Source: Octopus vulgaris (taxonomy: Eukaryota). From it: a DNA stretch of 64,000 nt. How positions within the stretch are numbered: position 1 is the first letter of the stretch; every line of letters begins with the position of its first letter. Under the pieces are notes generated by a model that worked only from the letters and a program-made list of their open reading frames with translations, searched no databases and was not told where the DNA came from. This document shows, piece by piece, positions 39,821 to 53,896 of this stretch. The stretch covers positions 91,512,001 to 91,576,000 of the forward strand of contig OX597822.1 in the NCBI GenBank assembly GCA_951406725.2. The letters are read 5' to 3'. A program made the position numbers and the translations under genes.

Positions 39821-40853
39821 ATGGCTGGGAAGAGGTGAAAATCAGAGGGTGCAAGGTCAGGAGAGTAGGGGGATGGGGGAGGAGTTCATAACCGCATGCC
39901 TGTGCTTCTGATCTGGCGACACGAGAGTTGTGGACTGGAGCGTTGTCCTGCAAAAGGAGGATGCCTTTGCTGATCTTGCCCCGCCTCTTGATTTTGATAG
40001 CTTCTCTTAATTTCCTGAAGCATAATAGGCTCCTGTAATTGTGGTACCCTTTGCCAGGAAATCTGTCATCACTACTCTGTCCTGGTCCCAGAAGACTGTG
40101 AGCATGACCTTGCCAGCGAAGGGCTGCACTCTTGCCTTCTTTGGAGGAGGTGAGTCATGGTGCTTCCACTGCATTGACTGGGCTTTGGTCTCTGGATCAT
40201 AGTGATGGACCCAGGTTTCATCCTGTGTAATCAGTCTTTTGAAAAATTTTCGACTCATTTTCTTGGCACATCTCCAAATTCATCCTCGAGCACTCGACGC
40301 ATTCTTGCTTCTGGAAAGGTGTGAGCAGCCTGGGAATCCATCTGGCAGACACTTTTTGCATATGCAAATGGTCATGAATGATAGTTTCCACAGACCTGGT
40401 ACTAATCTTGACCTCATGGGCTATTTGGCGAATAGTTATGCGTCAATCTTCCAAAATGGCAGCTTCAACTTGACAGACAGATGCTTCATCAATGGCAGAA
40501 GTGGGGCGACCAGATCTGGGAGCTGTTTCCACAGAGTTCCGACCATGTTTGAATTCACGATGCCAGCGTTTTACAAGGTCATATGATGGGGCATCATCAC
40601 CATAAGTTACTTTCATTTCATCAAAAGTCTCCTGTGGTGTGCGTCCTTTCAAACCGAATCACTGCTTGACACTCAACAGGCTCCATTTCACACTTGACTC
40701 AGTTCAAACACCTATAAATCAGAAACCACAATTAGTTCAGAGCTGTAATTTGCCACTTAATCTATAGAGATATAAATAATTGCACATGCAAAATTTCAGC
40801 TAGATCAAACAACTGCAAGTGGATCAGGGGCATTACTTATTGAACGTCCCACG
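39821..40853 (-). mobile_element. Mariner transposon lacking its 3' end
   Basis: 5' TIR (ta)cgtgggacgttcaataagtaatgcc. Transposase from ~40686 has APRSGRP, ARWIPRLL, ITQDETWV, QDNAPVH and HPPYSPDLAPSDFHLF, with few lesions. Confidence 0.93.
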
Positions 40854-41559
40854 TATATATATATAAACATAGACATGCATTTACACACATATATATACAT
40901 CTACAAACATATATATATATATATATATATATAAACATACATACACATATACATGCATACACATTCACACACATCCATACATACATACATACACACACAC
41001 ACATATGCACATACACATCTGCACATGCATGCACACAATTATACACATACACATGTGTCAACGCATGATGCATATGTGTGTGTGTAACATGTATATACAG
41101 ACACTCAGGTAGTGTACAAAACTATCAAGATGCATCATAAAGGTTCATAAGCTCTATAAGTCAATATATCAATCTGGCCCACAGACATGGAGGATGTGCA
41201 CTGCACTTGCAGAGAAGAGCACAACCAGAGGCAAATAAATAAAATGTTTCATGTGTGGTGTAAATATAAACAGGTGTTCTGGTCAGTGGAAGTCAATCAT
41301 AATCTGATGATATATCCTTTGTACATCCTGTAGCCCTGGAGGGTATGGTTGATTCTACATTCCTAAAGTTTGGTATTCCATGAAGCTGCTACTGACATGG
41401 GCCCATACAAGAAAAAAAAAAACAATGTATACATGTATGCACACAAAGGAAAGGGGAAGAGAGGGTGGGTTCATGTAGGGTATACATTCAGGAGTGTATA
41501 GGTAGAGAGTATCAAGAAATCCTGTTAGTAATCTGATAGCCATGAGATTTATGTTACCT

Positions 41560-41790
41560 ATTTCTTTACTACCCACAAGGGACTAAACACAGAGAGGACA
41601 AACAAGGACAGATAAACGGATTAAGTTGATTACATCGACCCCAGTGCGTAACTGGTACTTATTTAATCAACCCCGAAAGGATGAAAGGCAAAGTCGACCT
41701 CGGCGGAATTTGAACTCAAAACGTAGCAGCAGACGAAATACAGCTACGCATTTCACCCGGTGTGCTAACGATTCTGCCAAATCACCTACC
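41560..41790 (-). mobile_element. SINE family B variant with a different 3' tail
   Basis: Family-B body, but the tail is tttctttactacccacaagggactaaacacagagagg instead of the usual one. Confidence 0.8.
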
Positions 41791-41899
41791 AAGCCCCTGT
41801 ATTAGTAGTGGGGCTATTTGCATACTATCGCACCTTCCTGTAGTTCAGGCACTTCCTCATCTAGTAATATCAGAATGTCTTACTCTTTTGGTGTGTGGA

Positions 41900-42050
41900 G
41901 TAAATTCCATTTTGCTATGTTTGCTAAGAATGTGCTTACGATTAACCAAAATAATCTCCAACCTTTTCTTTGTACATAACCTACATGACTGTATATCGAG
42001 TAAGGTACTGCATGCCCTAATACCAACCAATTACTTATAATTTGGGTCAA
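41900..42050 (-). mobile_element. Penelope-like GIY-YIG C-terminal remnant
   Basis: W-LVLGHAVPYS..QSCRLCTKKRLEIILVN, parallel to the other PLE C-termini here. Confidence 0.55.
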
Positions 42051-42076
42051 GATAGAAATGATATATATGTATATAT

Positions 42077-42486
42077 TTACCTTTTACTTGTTTCAGTCAT
42101 ACTGCAGTCATGCTGGGTCACCATTTTGAAGGACATTAGCTGAATGAATTGACTCCAGTACATTTTTCCCTTTAAAACTTGGTGCTTATTTAATCGGTCT
42201 ATTTTGCCAATCCTTAAGTTATAGAGATGTAAGCACATCAACAGCAATTGCCAAGCAGTAATGGGGTTCAAACAGACACAGAGACATGCATGTAAATACA
42301 CACACACACACACATATATGATGGGCTCCTTTCAGTTTCCATCAATCAAATCCACTATCAAGGCTTTGGTCAGCTTGATGCTCTAGTAGAAGACAACACT
42401 TGCACAGAGTGCTATGCAATTGGGCTGAATCTGGAGCCATATACTTGGGAAGCAAACTTCTAACTGCACAGCCATACCTGCACCTA
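42077..42486 (-). mobile_element. SINE family A
   Basis: Reverse complement of 23741-24172. Confidence 0.82.
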
Positions 42487-42505
42487 TGTGTGTGTGTATA
42501 AAAGG

Positions 42506-42541
<36 letters not shown>

Positions 42542-43454
42542 AAGTGAGAGAGAGAGAAAGTGAGAGAGTGTGTGTGAGAGAGAGAAGTGTTTGTGGTTAG
42601 CATGTCACATAATTTTTTTGTATCATTGTATTTGTCATAATTGCTCAGAACTAACTTTTTTTAGCGATCGTTATAAAATATTGCCAAAAAGATAATCTTA
42701 CTCATAAGATTAACATGGAGAGGAAGATATCTTGAAGCATGGGAGGATTCTGTTGGGATGGATAGTTCACTAAAGAACAGAGAGGATAAATTAATATTTA
42801 CATTTTGTCTATTTGCCTGGTTGTTGGACATGCCCAAAGAGCAGTAAAAATTCATCCCACATTATAAGACTGTTTCATTAGTTGATTGTGAATTAAATTA
42901 TAATGCTGAAGAAGTGAATGAACACTAAATTTATTGCATAAAATTGCATAATGTAATACAAAATAAATGACATTCATTCATATGTAACATCGATGTGATC
43001 TTTCTTTTCCTTCATTAAAATCATTGTCATTCACTCTGTGAGGATTACAACATACCTAATTGATATATATATATGCCTTGTGCAATATGATGCATTTGAA
43101 CCATGTGATGCTGAAGCAATTATAACAAAGGAATAAATGTAATACCTGAACCTCCATTCTTGGACTTGCTGCATTATACTCAATGCCTGAAATTTTGGTT
43201 TGCATGAATGGTTTCCTTCAGGGAAAACTGTCCATTTCTAACTACTCTGCTAGCTGGCTTTCATAGGAGTGTTGACTGAAGATATAGCATGGATTTTTAA
43301 ATCCCCTCTTACCTGCTACACACACACATGTATGCATGCATGCACGTGCACACACACACACATATAATGTACTGATCCACATACTTGGGAAGCAAACTTC
43401 TAACTGCACAGCCACCCATACCTGCACCTATATGTCACAATACATGTATTAAAG

Positions 43455-43506
43455 TGCTACTAATAGTTTCATATGTTGAGAAAACTCAAACATTCTTCAG
43501 ATGCAA
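43455..43506 (-). ncRNA. Hammerhead-like motif in the PLE 3' region
   Basis: tgcat CTGAAGA atgtttgag-tttt-ctcaacat at GAAA ct-att-ag TA gca; core intact, stem I register imperfect. Confidence 0.6.
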
Positions 43507-44290
43507 ACCTCATATAACGAACTAAAGAAATTGAATAATAAAAAAACGTGAAAACACTGAGAAGGCAGCATATAGAAAACACAGACAGTATACAATTGAA
43601 AATTAAAAACAGAAACTAAAATGTAAAAAATAAAAAGTAAAACGGTAAAAGATCTATCCTCCTTAGACCTTAAATGATAAGGCTGGAAAGATATCAAGTC
43701 AGTCAGGAATAGGCAGAATTTTCCAATTCTTCAAAATATATTTATACATATGCATGCAACCACTGAAAATTTCTGACTTGGAGTTCAATAGAGAGTTAGA
43801 GATTGTAGATCTGAACAGAATCTGCACTTTTTCAGCCAAACAAAGTCTACATTCAATCCATTCACATATGGTATGGATTTCTCAATTACTTTCCATTTAA
43901 TCACATGTGGTGTTTCATTATCTTTCAAAGTTCATACATAGCTAACCAACTTAGTAGGTTTACTTTTGTCCCTATTTTGGAAGGAGGCTATATATTGGCA
44001 CAGCAATCTTTAAATTCACCTTCACATAATCCAGTGTAGGTCTTCTTATCAGTTGTATTATTATTTAGGGTTGCAGTAACTTCTGCCTCATATATGATAG
44101 ATTTAGTCCTACACTGTTGGTCAAATGGATAGGATCTTGGGTCGGGACAGTTGCAACTGGATTCAGGCTCTTGGTATTGACCCCGTGTAATGATACTCAA
44201 AATATTGGGGCAGCAGCTATATGATAATTTCACAGAATGCCTATTAAATATTTTCCTGTATCTGTGACTGGAAAGTGTTTGTCTAGGAGA
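43455..44290 (-). mobile_element. Penelope-like remnant (GIY-YIG + 3' pLTR)
   Basis: RYRKIFNRHSVKLSYSCCPNI, CNCPDP..QCRTKSIIYEAEV, KTYTGLCEGEFK and IKWKVIEKSIPY. Confidence 0.85.
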
Positions 44291-44314
44291 CACTGGGTTT
44301 ACAAGTTTTATTTT

Positions 44315-44802
44315 TCAAGCACAAGATCCAAACTTTGAACAAAGTCCAAATGTTTCTACTTTCATAACAAATGTTTCTGTGAGTTATAGAAAGCGAAAAA
44401 AGCTTCTTCTAAGCAAACAACACTAGTCTTGTTTTTTAAAAAAAGATCTACAAGTTCCTCTATGAGTGCTTCTGAATCAGCAATCAAGTCTACAAGTGAT
44501 GGTATGCACAAGTCTAGTGCGAGTGAAAGTGATTCAGAAAACAATAATAATAATAATAATATGTTTTATTATAAATGATCTTGACATTATTTTTACTTTA
44601 CATTAAATATTCTTTACATTCTACTGTTGTTTTATTGCCATTTATTTACGAGTATTATAAATTTTATAGGTAAAATATTTTTCTGGGAACAAATTACGAT
44701 TTATAACATTGCTACTATGGAAAGTTATTGCTCTGCTTCATGAGTTTTCACTTTACAAGTGGTCTCTGGGTACAAATTAACTTGTAAATCTAGGCATTAC
44801 TG
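44315..44802 (+). mobile_element. pogo/Tigger-like transposon 3' end
   Basis: QDPNFEQS...KASSKQTTLVLFFKK-type C-terminus, then a terminus cttgtaaatctaggcattactg|TA. Confidence 0.6.
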
Positions 44803-46072
44803 TATATGTGTATATATATGTGTGTGTGTGTAAGTCATCTAAGAGTCCATAAGATTCAGGAAAAAAATGCACTTGTATATCTGTCAAAAGAGTCAGTATA
44901 TAATCTGAAGTGTACAGTATTATATATCCATTATGACCGATCATGCTAATTGGTTTCGCACTAGGGATTCGATGGAGTTTTAGGTAACAATCTGATTATG
45001 TAACACTAAGCTCATTAGAGGTAACCAATATGGAATGAAATATGGTGACTGCTCTCTATTGTTGGAGGTGAATAGACACATCCAGTTTGTGATTGTTGTG
45101 AAAAAAGATGACGAAACAAAATGAGTAGAGGATTAAGTTAAAAGTTATGTCCCTTGGTACTAAAACATCAACATTGGGTGGTTATTTTGGAAGTCAGTAA
45201 TAGCTGCAGTTCTATTTTGCAAAAACTAATCTAAGCATAAGTACACTCTGACTACTTTAATCACCTTACCAACCTGTTTCTCAGCTAAAAGTATGCTCAC
45301 ACCACCTACCCCATCACTATTTCCTTCCCAGGAGATTTTCTACCTATGTTCTTTGAGGAACCTGTCTGAAGATCCCCTCCACCTTACTTCTTGAACACAA
45401 CACACATCTTCATGCCTCTGTTCAAGCATCTTGAACAATCTCATTTATTTTTCAATATGCCCACACTGACTGTAAGAGGTGGTAAGAGAGAACAGGGAGA
45501 TGGAGAATGGCATTCAGCATCTGAAAAGAAGGATTGCAAGGACATTTGCCAGCAGGCATATCATATGAGTTTTCCCTGGCATTTAATCTACCATCATTCA
45601 CTCATTTTGCACTCACTGCTTCAACAAGAAGAGGATATACAATCATTGTTAATACAAATATAAATAATATCTGATTAATTAATTAGTTAAATGACTGGTA
45701 AGTGTCCTTATATAACATTTCCTATGTAAAGAGTGCTAGTTATGGCTTTTATATTCCATTACTGTCACTGAAAGAATGCTGAAATACATGAGGAGGTGGG
45801 GCACAAGAAAGGATGCTGGTATAGAGGTGAGGTTTCCAGTATAGGTGGTGGGGGCAAGTATGGGTGGATGCATTGTGAGTGAGCAAGTGAAGCTGTGTGA
45901 CTAGATGGAATCATACAAAATTTCAACAAGCCAAAAAGAAACCTACATTGGATGAAACATACAAATTATCATGAAAAAGAAGAGGTAAGCACAATTTCCA
46001 GGACAGAGCTAGTAGTAATGAAAGGTGGGGAGACAGGATACATTTTCAGGACAGAAAAAGTACACACGCACG

Positions 46073-46111
<39 letters not shown>

Positions 46112-46983
46112 ACACACACACATACACACACACACCTTTGGTTTCACATTTACAATTGTACTTGGCAATAGTGACAATTCATTAGATATGCTGACTGGAA
46201 ACACACAACCTCTTTAATGCTTGAGTTAAATATTCAGCCTTGGTTAGCTTGGCAATGGAAAAAATTGAAACAAAAAATCCCTTTTCTGAGAGTGAGAGAA
46301 GAGTTACCTTCCTCTCTATAATTCCAGCTGTAAATAAAGGAGGTCAACTGTGCCTGCTTACATTTTTGCCATCCTGTAGTCTGTAAGCAGGGAAGACCAT
46401 GTTTCTAAAACAAATTTTCTGTCATGAGGGTAGCAGCTAAAAATTTCTTATGAGTAGATAAATGAACTTTTAAAAATCATTTCTTTATAACTTATAGATC
46501 TTAAGGATAACAAATATTAATCCACTAGAAAAAAAGAAAGCAATATCTTCAAAATAGATTACAGATTTCAACTGAATTATAAACAATGTTTGAACATTAC
46601 AAAACAAAATGAATTTCTTTTAATAATTAACATTGTAACTTGATATTATATACATACATTTATACACACACATATACATTTGATCTGAGTAAATTTGAAG
46701 TAATTTAATACAAATTTAAAATGAAAGAAATTCATGCATAGTAATTGGAAATGTATCATAATAACTTATCCATTGAAAATCATTACTGTATAACAGATTT
46801 TTCTAATACCATAAACCTAAGCAAAATTCAGAATAGCAGACTTATAGAAGAATGTATGAGGACATAGCTGCATGCAATTTGAATATATTAGTGTCACATG
46901 TAAGGTACTCTTTCATTTCAAACAGTGAAATATATGATATTTGTACCAATCTTAATTTTTACAGAGATATGTATATGTGTGCA

Positions 46984-47016
<33 letters not shown>

Positions 47017-47022
47017 GGGAGG

Positions 47023-47056
<34 letters not shown>

Positions 47057-50000
47057 TGGAAAATATTCTGTTTGTAATATACTCTTAGCTAGTTCTCTAT
47101 GCTAGTATGGTTTATGGTTGAGTTGGTTTAGGTATAATTTGCTTTTCCACTTGTAATTTTGAATGAACTTCTTATAAATTATTCAATGCAACTTGTGATC
47201 TCTTAAGTCGACTGATGCAAGCAGAGTTATGTGGTTTCTTCTGAGGAAGTAAAACTTGAAAAAGATGGACATCCATATTGGACAATTAATGTCCAATATG
47301 TGTGGACATTAATTATAAATGTATAAATTAAATATCTAATGCAAGACTGGAAGCTTTATATGAATGAAAGAATGTAGCCTGAGTGATAGATATATGAAGG
47401 TTCCATCTTGATAAGCTGTAACTTTTTTTAATCATTAATGTCCTTGAAAAAGATATGGACACGATAAATTTGATTTGTCTTGCTTCTGCAAAATGGTAAA
47501 AATAATCAGATACTAAAGTATATTACTAGTCATAAAATGTTAGACATAAAATGCAAATATGCATTGTTTCTCTTATCAGAATTTGATGAAAAATATAAAG
47601 TATATTTTATGAATTTTGGTATTATAATTCTCTAATACTGCAGTATTAATCTTTTGATACTGCTTACATACTTGAAAGACCTATTTATGCTATTACAACA
47701 ATTTTCTAAAAACTGAATGAATGATGCACATAAATGCACACCTGTTATTTATGACTCTGGAACTCAGCATTCCAAAGTCATAAAACCTTTGCCTGATTTA
47801 TTACCTCCACTGTGGTCCATACTATGCTTGCCTATTGGTACCTATTTACATGTGATCCTGGTAACAAGGTGTAAACTGATAATTCTTTGCTCAATTTAAG
47901 AAATGATAAATATATTTGCAACTCATCTTTTAATATGAAATGCAATATATGTAATAACAATTTGGATAAATTCTAAAAAGATGTTTCTTAGCATGTTAAA
48001 TATATTGGATACTATCAAAACACATTTAGCATGCTAAATATATTTGGATACCAACTAAAAAACGTTTCTTAGCATGCTAAATATATTTCAAGATTTACTT
48101 CTGATATTGGTATTGATGTGACATGGATAGATAAACATATGGATATAAACTTCAAAGTGTATAAAAAAAAATAAAACAAAATCTAATAGTGGATAAAATC
48201 AATGTGATAAACATTCAGAAAAGATGAAATAAAACACATCAATGATAAAATACAACATATCAATGAATATACAAAAATAGTGTTATACGTCTTATGGATG
48301 ACATTTTTGACTAAATATATGATGAACATTAATGACAAAAATGTATATAATTTTTTGCTTTCATTTTCTTTTAGGAAACATTTTTAACCATTTATGTAAC
48401 ACATGCATTTTCTGCATTTGCTTTTTTTTTTTTTGTAATTAATAACATTAAACTATTTTGTTGAAGACCTATAATCTGGTCACTAATACAGTGGAAGTAG
48501 AGTCATTTATGTAGTTCATATACAATGAAACACATCGATACTTTGGTTGTGATTAAGTGTAAAACAAAGCCAGAGTAATCACTCAACTGGAATAAAATCT
48601 ATATTTGGCTGGGTTAATTATATGGATGGGAGGAGCCTACTGACTTATGCACTTCCAGTTCAATCATCATGCTTCAAAAAAAAAAAGGAACAGATGCTAA
48701 ATGGGAAGAAAAAACACTTTGACCACATACTATCCTTACACTGGGAATAGTAATGTGCATTCTTCTATTATTAATCTCTTATTGATTAGATTGAACCTTA
48801 TTACTTCTACTCACATGTTGATAGGGTAACAATTAGGTTATTTATTATGTTCACAAAATATCTTGCGATTATAGTTATACTCATGGTTATCTCTGGCTGA
48901 TAAGCTGTGCGCCAGTAGACATTTCTACTGAGCCATATTACAGCTTCATAATCTCAATAACTAAGAAAAACTAACTACAAAAAAAAAAAAGAACTACACT
49001 CGTTCTTTAGTCTATGTCATTTTCATATTTTGTTCTGCACTGGACCAGAGATGCAAGAAACCAATATGAAAGTGCAAAGCCATAAGTAAAGATGTATAGT
49101 AGATGCTACTCTATTTTTAAAATCAAATTTATACTTAAAACGAGTTCTTTGGAATGGTAAGTTCTAGTAAGATTGTTTGCTTAGTTTAAGCAGTTCCATA
49201 ACCAGATATTACTATTGGTGGTATTTGATTACATTAAGAAGGGCACTTGCTTTAATAAGTATTTCCATATTTATCATACAGTATATTACATAATAAAATC
49301 AACAAATATATTCATAAAATTAAAACTGAATACATTGAGAATGTTTTGAGAATTTGCATTATATCTACATTATTTTCATGTTTCCTAAGCCTAGAAGAAC
49401 TAAGTGATGTTTGTACTTTTCAAACACAGTCTTATTCTAAAGTCTGTCAGAGGTTTTTGTTAAATAAATGATTATATCTTATAAATAAATATTGTTAAAT
49501 AAAAATAATTTAGACCGTTTTACAGATTTTAGCTCTTAATTTATTATTTAATCAAGAAAGAAAGAAAAATTTGTAGTTGTGAGAGAGTGAGTCTATCTAT
49601 GTGCATGTTCTTTTCCTTTATTGAGAGATAGAAACTGAAAAAGAAGATTGTAGTACGTTATATATTTTTCCTTTCAAAAACTAAAGTGTTCATTTTAATT
49701 GTTGCCGTTTTAAAAATAAACTGTGTGCATGGTTAATAGTTGTTTTAAATATTAAATGATGGGTGATACACATGCACATTATGAAGTACATTATTATTTG
49801 AAAGAAGAAGTATTATATGAGTAGAAATACTATATGAGTAGAAGTACTAAATGACTTTTAATGAAAAGAGAAAGATTATCCATTTTCATTGTATATATTG
49901 GAACGGTTGACATGCATTACTTCTTATTTCTATAAATATGTTAATCTATGAATTATTACTTTAATTCACATTTAATTCAGTGAAAAATAAATTTTATCTT

Positions 50001-50089
50001 TTAATATTTCAAAATTTCCCTTGTTGGGAAGATCAATCATTACTTCACAATTTCTAATATATTTCCATAAGGAAGTACAGTGGATGTAC

Positions 50090-50620
50090 CTTCTTTTGTG
50101 TGAAACATGTTTGATGAAAACAAAACAAAGAATCTTTCAAAAGTTTCTGTCTCTAACAACATCATTTAGTGCCATATTAATGACATCACAGAGGATGTTA
50201 CAAGTATGTAACTAAAAGGATGTTGCTAAAATCAAATTATCAATGCACACATTTACCAATCAGCTGGATGAGTCAGATGATGTTTCTAATTGTGCTCATT
50301 TGAATAACTTTTGCATACAGTATCGATGATCAGCTGAAAAAGGAATACTAATTCTATCTTCAGCTTGAAATAACAACCATAGTACATAACATTATTGAGA
50401 TGGTATCAATATAAAATAACTCCTTTTATCACTGTAGGTGGAAAAATCATAACCAAAACTCTTTCTGACTCATTTAAAAGCATGATGACCTGTGTTACAT
50501 AAGTAGTTAATTTATAAAAATTTTAGCACATAAAGATTTGTTTGTCCAGAGTGACAGGTGAAGAATTTGGTTTTGAATATATGGAGCTGCTGTTGTAACT
50601 GAGGCGAAATGGCTGCCTCA
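50090..50620 (+). pseudogene. Decayed hAT (Charlie/ZBED-like) transposase fragment
   Basis: VSLSNN, FTNQLDESDDVSNCAHL (cf. FSLQLDESTDV) and ELLL-TEAKWL (cf. LLLHTEVRWL). Confidence 0.65.
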
Positions 50621-50621
50621 C

Positions 50622-50694
50622 AACATGACTGCCTCATGACATGGCTACCTCATGACATGACTGCCTTGTGACATAGCTGCCTTGTGACATGGCT
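50622..50694. repeat. 16-bp tandem repeat (approx. acatggctgcctcatg) x4-5
   Basis: Directly visible, right after the hAT WL motif. Confidence 0.85.
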
Positions 50695-52193
50695 TTTGAA
50701 CCAAGTTTTGACTTGTGATCAGAAATTGTGCTGCAAAAACACATCCTGAAAACACCATCAACAAATTCATTCCATACCTAGCTGATCTATCAGAAATTGA
50801 GTGTACAGCATCTTTCTAGTTTCAGCTAGGTGCAATGGGATACTCAACCATAATAACATGAGTTATTGATGCATTTCTCTAATTTCCTATGACTTACTAT
50901 ATGTATGATCTTAGATCCTTGGACAATGTACCACTTCAAGTCCAAAACTATAAGCTGCTTCATTCTAAGCACAGATATTAACCTGGTTCTGTGAAGACTA
51001 TGCATCTAAAATCTGGTGTCACCAAAAAACTTCATTTATCTCACCAAGGCTATGTTCTGTGCACTTGTGTTTTGTATAATACACAATTTTATGCTGAGGC
51101 AATTTGAATTTCTCAAAGCTGAGAAATAATTGGAAGCCATTGCTTGAATGCAGGTGTTTAATATGATTCAACTAAAATGATAATATCTCTTTCAATAAGG
51201 GAAGCAATCAGACTATCAAATAGCATGGTATATGATGATTACTTATTTTATCAACCCAATACAGCTGAAAAGTTGAGTCAACCCTGGTGGAATCTTGAAC
51301 TTAAAATATGAAAGGATTCCCTCAATTTTTTTAGTTCCACCATGGATATCAAAATGATAAAGTGACTAACAAATTACTTCTACAAATGAATTCCCCTAAT
51401 TTGTATATAAGGTTCATTTCCACCTTCAGAAGTCGACAGCATATAGGTAGCTACACTCCCTTGAAGAATGTATATGTGTACTTTTACTTATTCCAGTCAC
51501 TGGACTAGTCATGCACAAGTTATTGCTTTATTTGTCAATCAGATTTTTTCCGGAATTTTCCCAAATACTATGATTGTTTTCTCTGTATTCCATAAAAATA
51601 ATTCCATCTTCACCAGTGTGACAACATCAGAAGAACATAAATAAATTGCTATGTTTACGAAATTGTTAACTTCATATGTTCCGTTACCATTTATGGCTGA
51701 TGCCTAACCATAGAATTAATATATAATAATACACATAACATGCCTGTAAATAAGCATTTAATAAGTAATACAAAGAATCATGTTATAAGAGATACCAACT
51801 CTTTTATACTCTTCTAATTAAAAATCTAAAAATAGTGTGGACATCATATCTGAATATTAGTTATGTACAGATAGAGACAAAACAAAGAAGTAGGAATAAT
51901 GATGCTGAGTTTGATGCAAAGCAATAGGATGTAACATACTAAATGCAACAATAACAAAGTCAGTTTAAGAGATTAAGAAATAAAAGCACTAAAGGAAGCC
52001 TTTTAGAAACATTGAAACTAAGAATCTTACTAGTGCAGGCTACAGGAAGGAGACATAAAATGTAGTAATCAACAAGAATATCTATAGGTTAAAAGAGAAA
52101 TGAGTGAATATATATGCTGCTCTAAACCAGTAGGAGAGGTAACACAAGTAGAATGAATGTCAAAATTAAACGAAGTGTAAGCATGCTTGTTAA

Positions 52194-52413
52194 CCCTTTT
52201 GAGACTAACCCGCCTGAAACCGCCTCTGGCTCTGTAGTACAAATGTCTTATTTTCAAAAATTCTGCATTAAAATCTTCCACCAAACCTTAGTCACAATTT
52301 ATGTTCCTAACACTAGCTTAATGATAACTAAGTTATTTTACTAAATTCTTTGTTATATTTAAAATCAATTGAAAGAAACAGAGCATCTCAACAGAAATGT
52401 GGTAATGAAAGGG
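52194..52413. mobile_element. 220-bp piggyBac-type MITE (second copy)
   Basis: TTAA flanks; colinear with 19459-19678. Confidence 0.92.
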
Positions 52414-52604
52414 TTAAGTATACTTCACTAAATCCTAAAAGAGTAATGAATGCTTAGAAATAATTCTTATCAGATGTATTTTAATTTTAGAACTGGCATT
52501 TGCTATCATCTAATTTTTTAAATGGGGTCATAATACAGAAGAAGTGAATGTAGCACCAATTTCCAGCTGGGAAGATTGAGATAAGTTGAGTAATGTCCTT
52601 CATT

Positions 52605-52983
52605 TATCCCTTTAGCATTCAGATTACATTGTCAAACATAATTCTTATTTATTCAATTTGGTTTGAGTTGATTATGCATTATCTCATAACTTTGAGATTT
52701 CAATGATGATGATCATCATCATCATTTAACGTCCGCTTTCCATGCTGGCATGAGTTGGACGGTTCAACTGGGGTCTGGGAAGCCAGAAGGCTGCACCAGG
52801 CCCATATTTTTGATTGTATTTTTGATTCTATATTTTTGATTGTATTTTTGATTCTATATTTTTGATTGTATTTTTGATTTTTGATTGTATGATAAGTGTG
52901 AGAGACCAAATCTGGCCAGTTTGAACATAAAATGTGTAGAATATTTGGGCTGGATATGGCCAGTTTAAATGCTAAAGCGTTAG
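52605..52983. mobile_element. Second piggyBac-type MITE family, carrying an RTE-tail insertion (52702-52803, -) and a 26-bp tandem (52806-52890)
   Basis: Ends ttatccctttagcatt / aatgctaaagcgttag (decayed TTAA-ccc...ggg-TTAA). Confidence 0.65.
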
Positions 52984-53684
52984 GAGGAACAAGAAAACCC
53001 CTTAATGTGAGACTATTAAATCTGTAGCCCATTACATTGTTCACAGCCATCATGCCTCCACTATCCCCCTTTTACCCCTCCCCATATTCTTGTATGTGTC
53101 AATTTTGTATACAACTTAATTTCTTTTGTATTTGCAGAATAAGTAAATTTCAAAAACTGAAATTCAATTAAAGTCAATTTTACTGAATTATCTTATTTCT
53201 CAAGCTTAGTTTGTCAATCTTTCTATAACTTCTATACTTTGAGATATAACAAGTCATAATTAACTTATATCAAATATTTGGTAAGAGATACAAACTCAAA
53301 TCAGTTGTTAAGCTAAAGATTAACAACCTTTATAAAAATATATTTGATAATTATTGGCAATGTATTGAAATTTAAATGTACTTCTAATATTCTGAAAGGA
53401 CTTTTTATGAAATAAAATAGGAATATACAGTTGACATTTGAAGTCTGCATCTGACTTCTAAATGTATAAAACTATAAAACAGATAACTATAGAAATATAG
53501 AACACAAAAGAATCTGTGAATTCTATGAATAAAATAATCCAAATGTTCAATATCTTAAAAGGAGATAGTTGTTTATACATTATATAATGAACAAACAGGC
53601 CAGTGCTTAGAAAATAAGACTATAGATAATCTTATGCAATAATCCTTTCAGAGAAAGTACATATGTTAAAAAAACACAAAATCA

Positions 53685-53896
53685 AGGGGGCAAGCTAGCA
53701 GAAACAGCATGCCAGGCGAAATGCTTAGCAGTATTTTGTCTGTTTTTATGTGCTGAGTTCAAATTCTGCCGAGGTCGATTTTGCCTTTCATCCTTTCGGG
53801 GGTCAATGAATTAAGTACCAGTTGCATACTAGGGTCGATCTAATCAACTGGGCCCCTCTCCAATAATTTTGGGCCTTGTGCCTAGAGTAGAAAAGT
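53685..53896 (+). mobile_element. SINE family B
   Basis: Full-length copy. Confidence 0.88.

Noticed and set aside
41300-41356. ctgatga followed by a tatatcc/gggtatg stem
   Set aside because: No GAAA box follows.
42665-42860. Exon-like higher-GC patch
   Set aside because: The plus-strand acceptor leads to stops in all three frames; the minus-strand 68-nt candidate gives no recognisable protein.
42901-42940. ctgaaga agtg-aatgaa-cact aaa as a hammerhead
   Set aside because: No GAAA, and no valid UH or stem III register; may be chance.
47241-47305. ctgagga...gaaa with nearby small palindromes
   Set aside because: Stem I cannot be formed.
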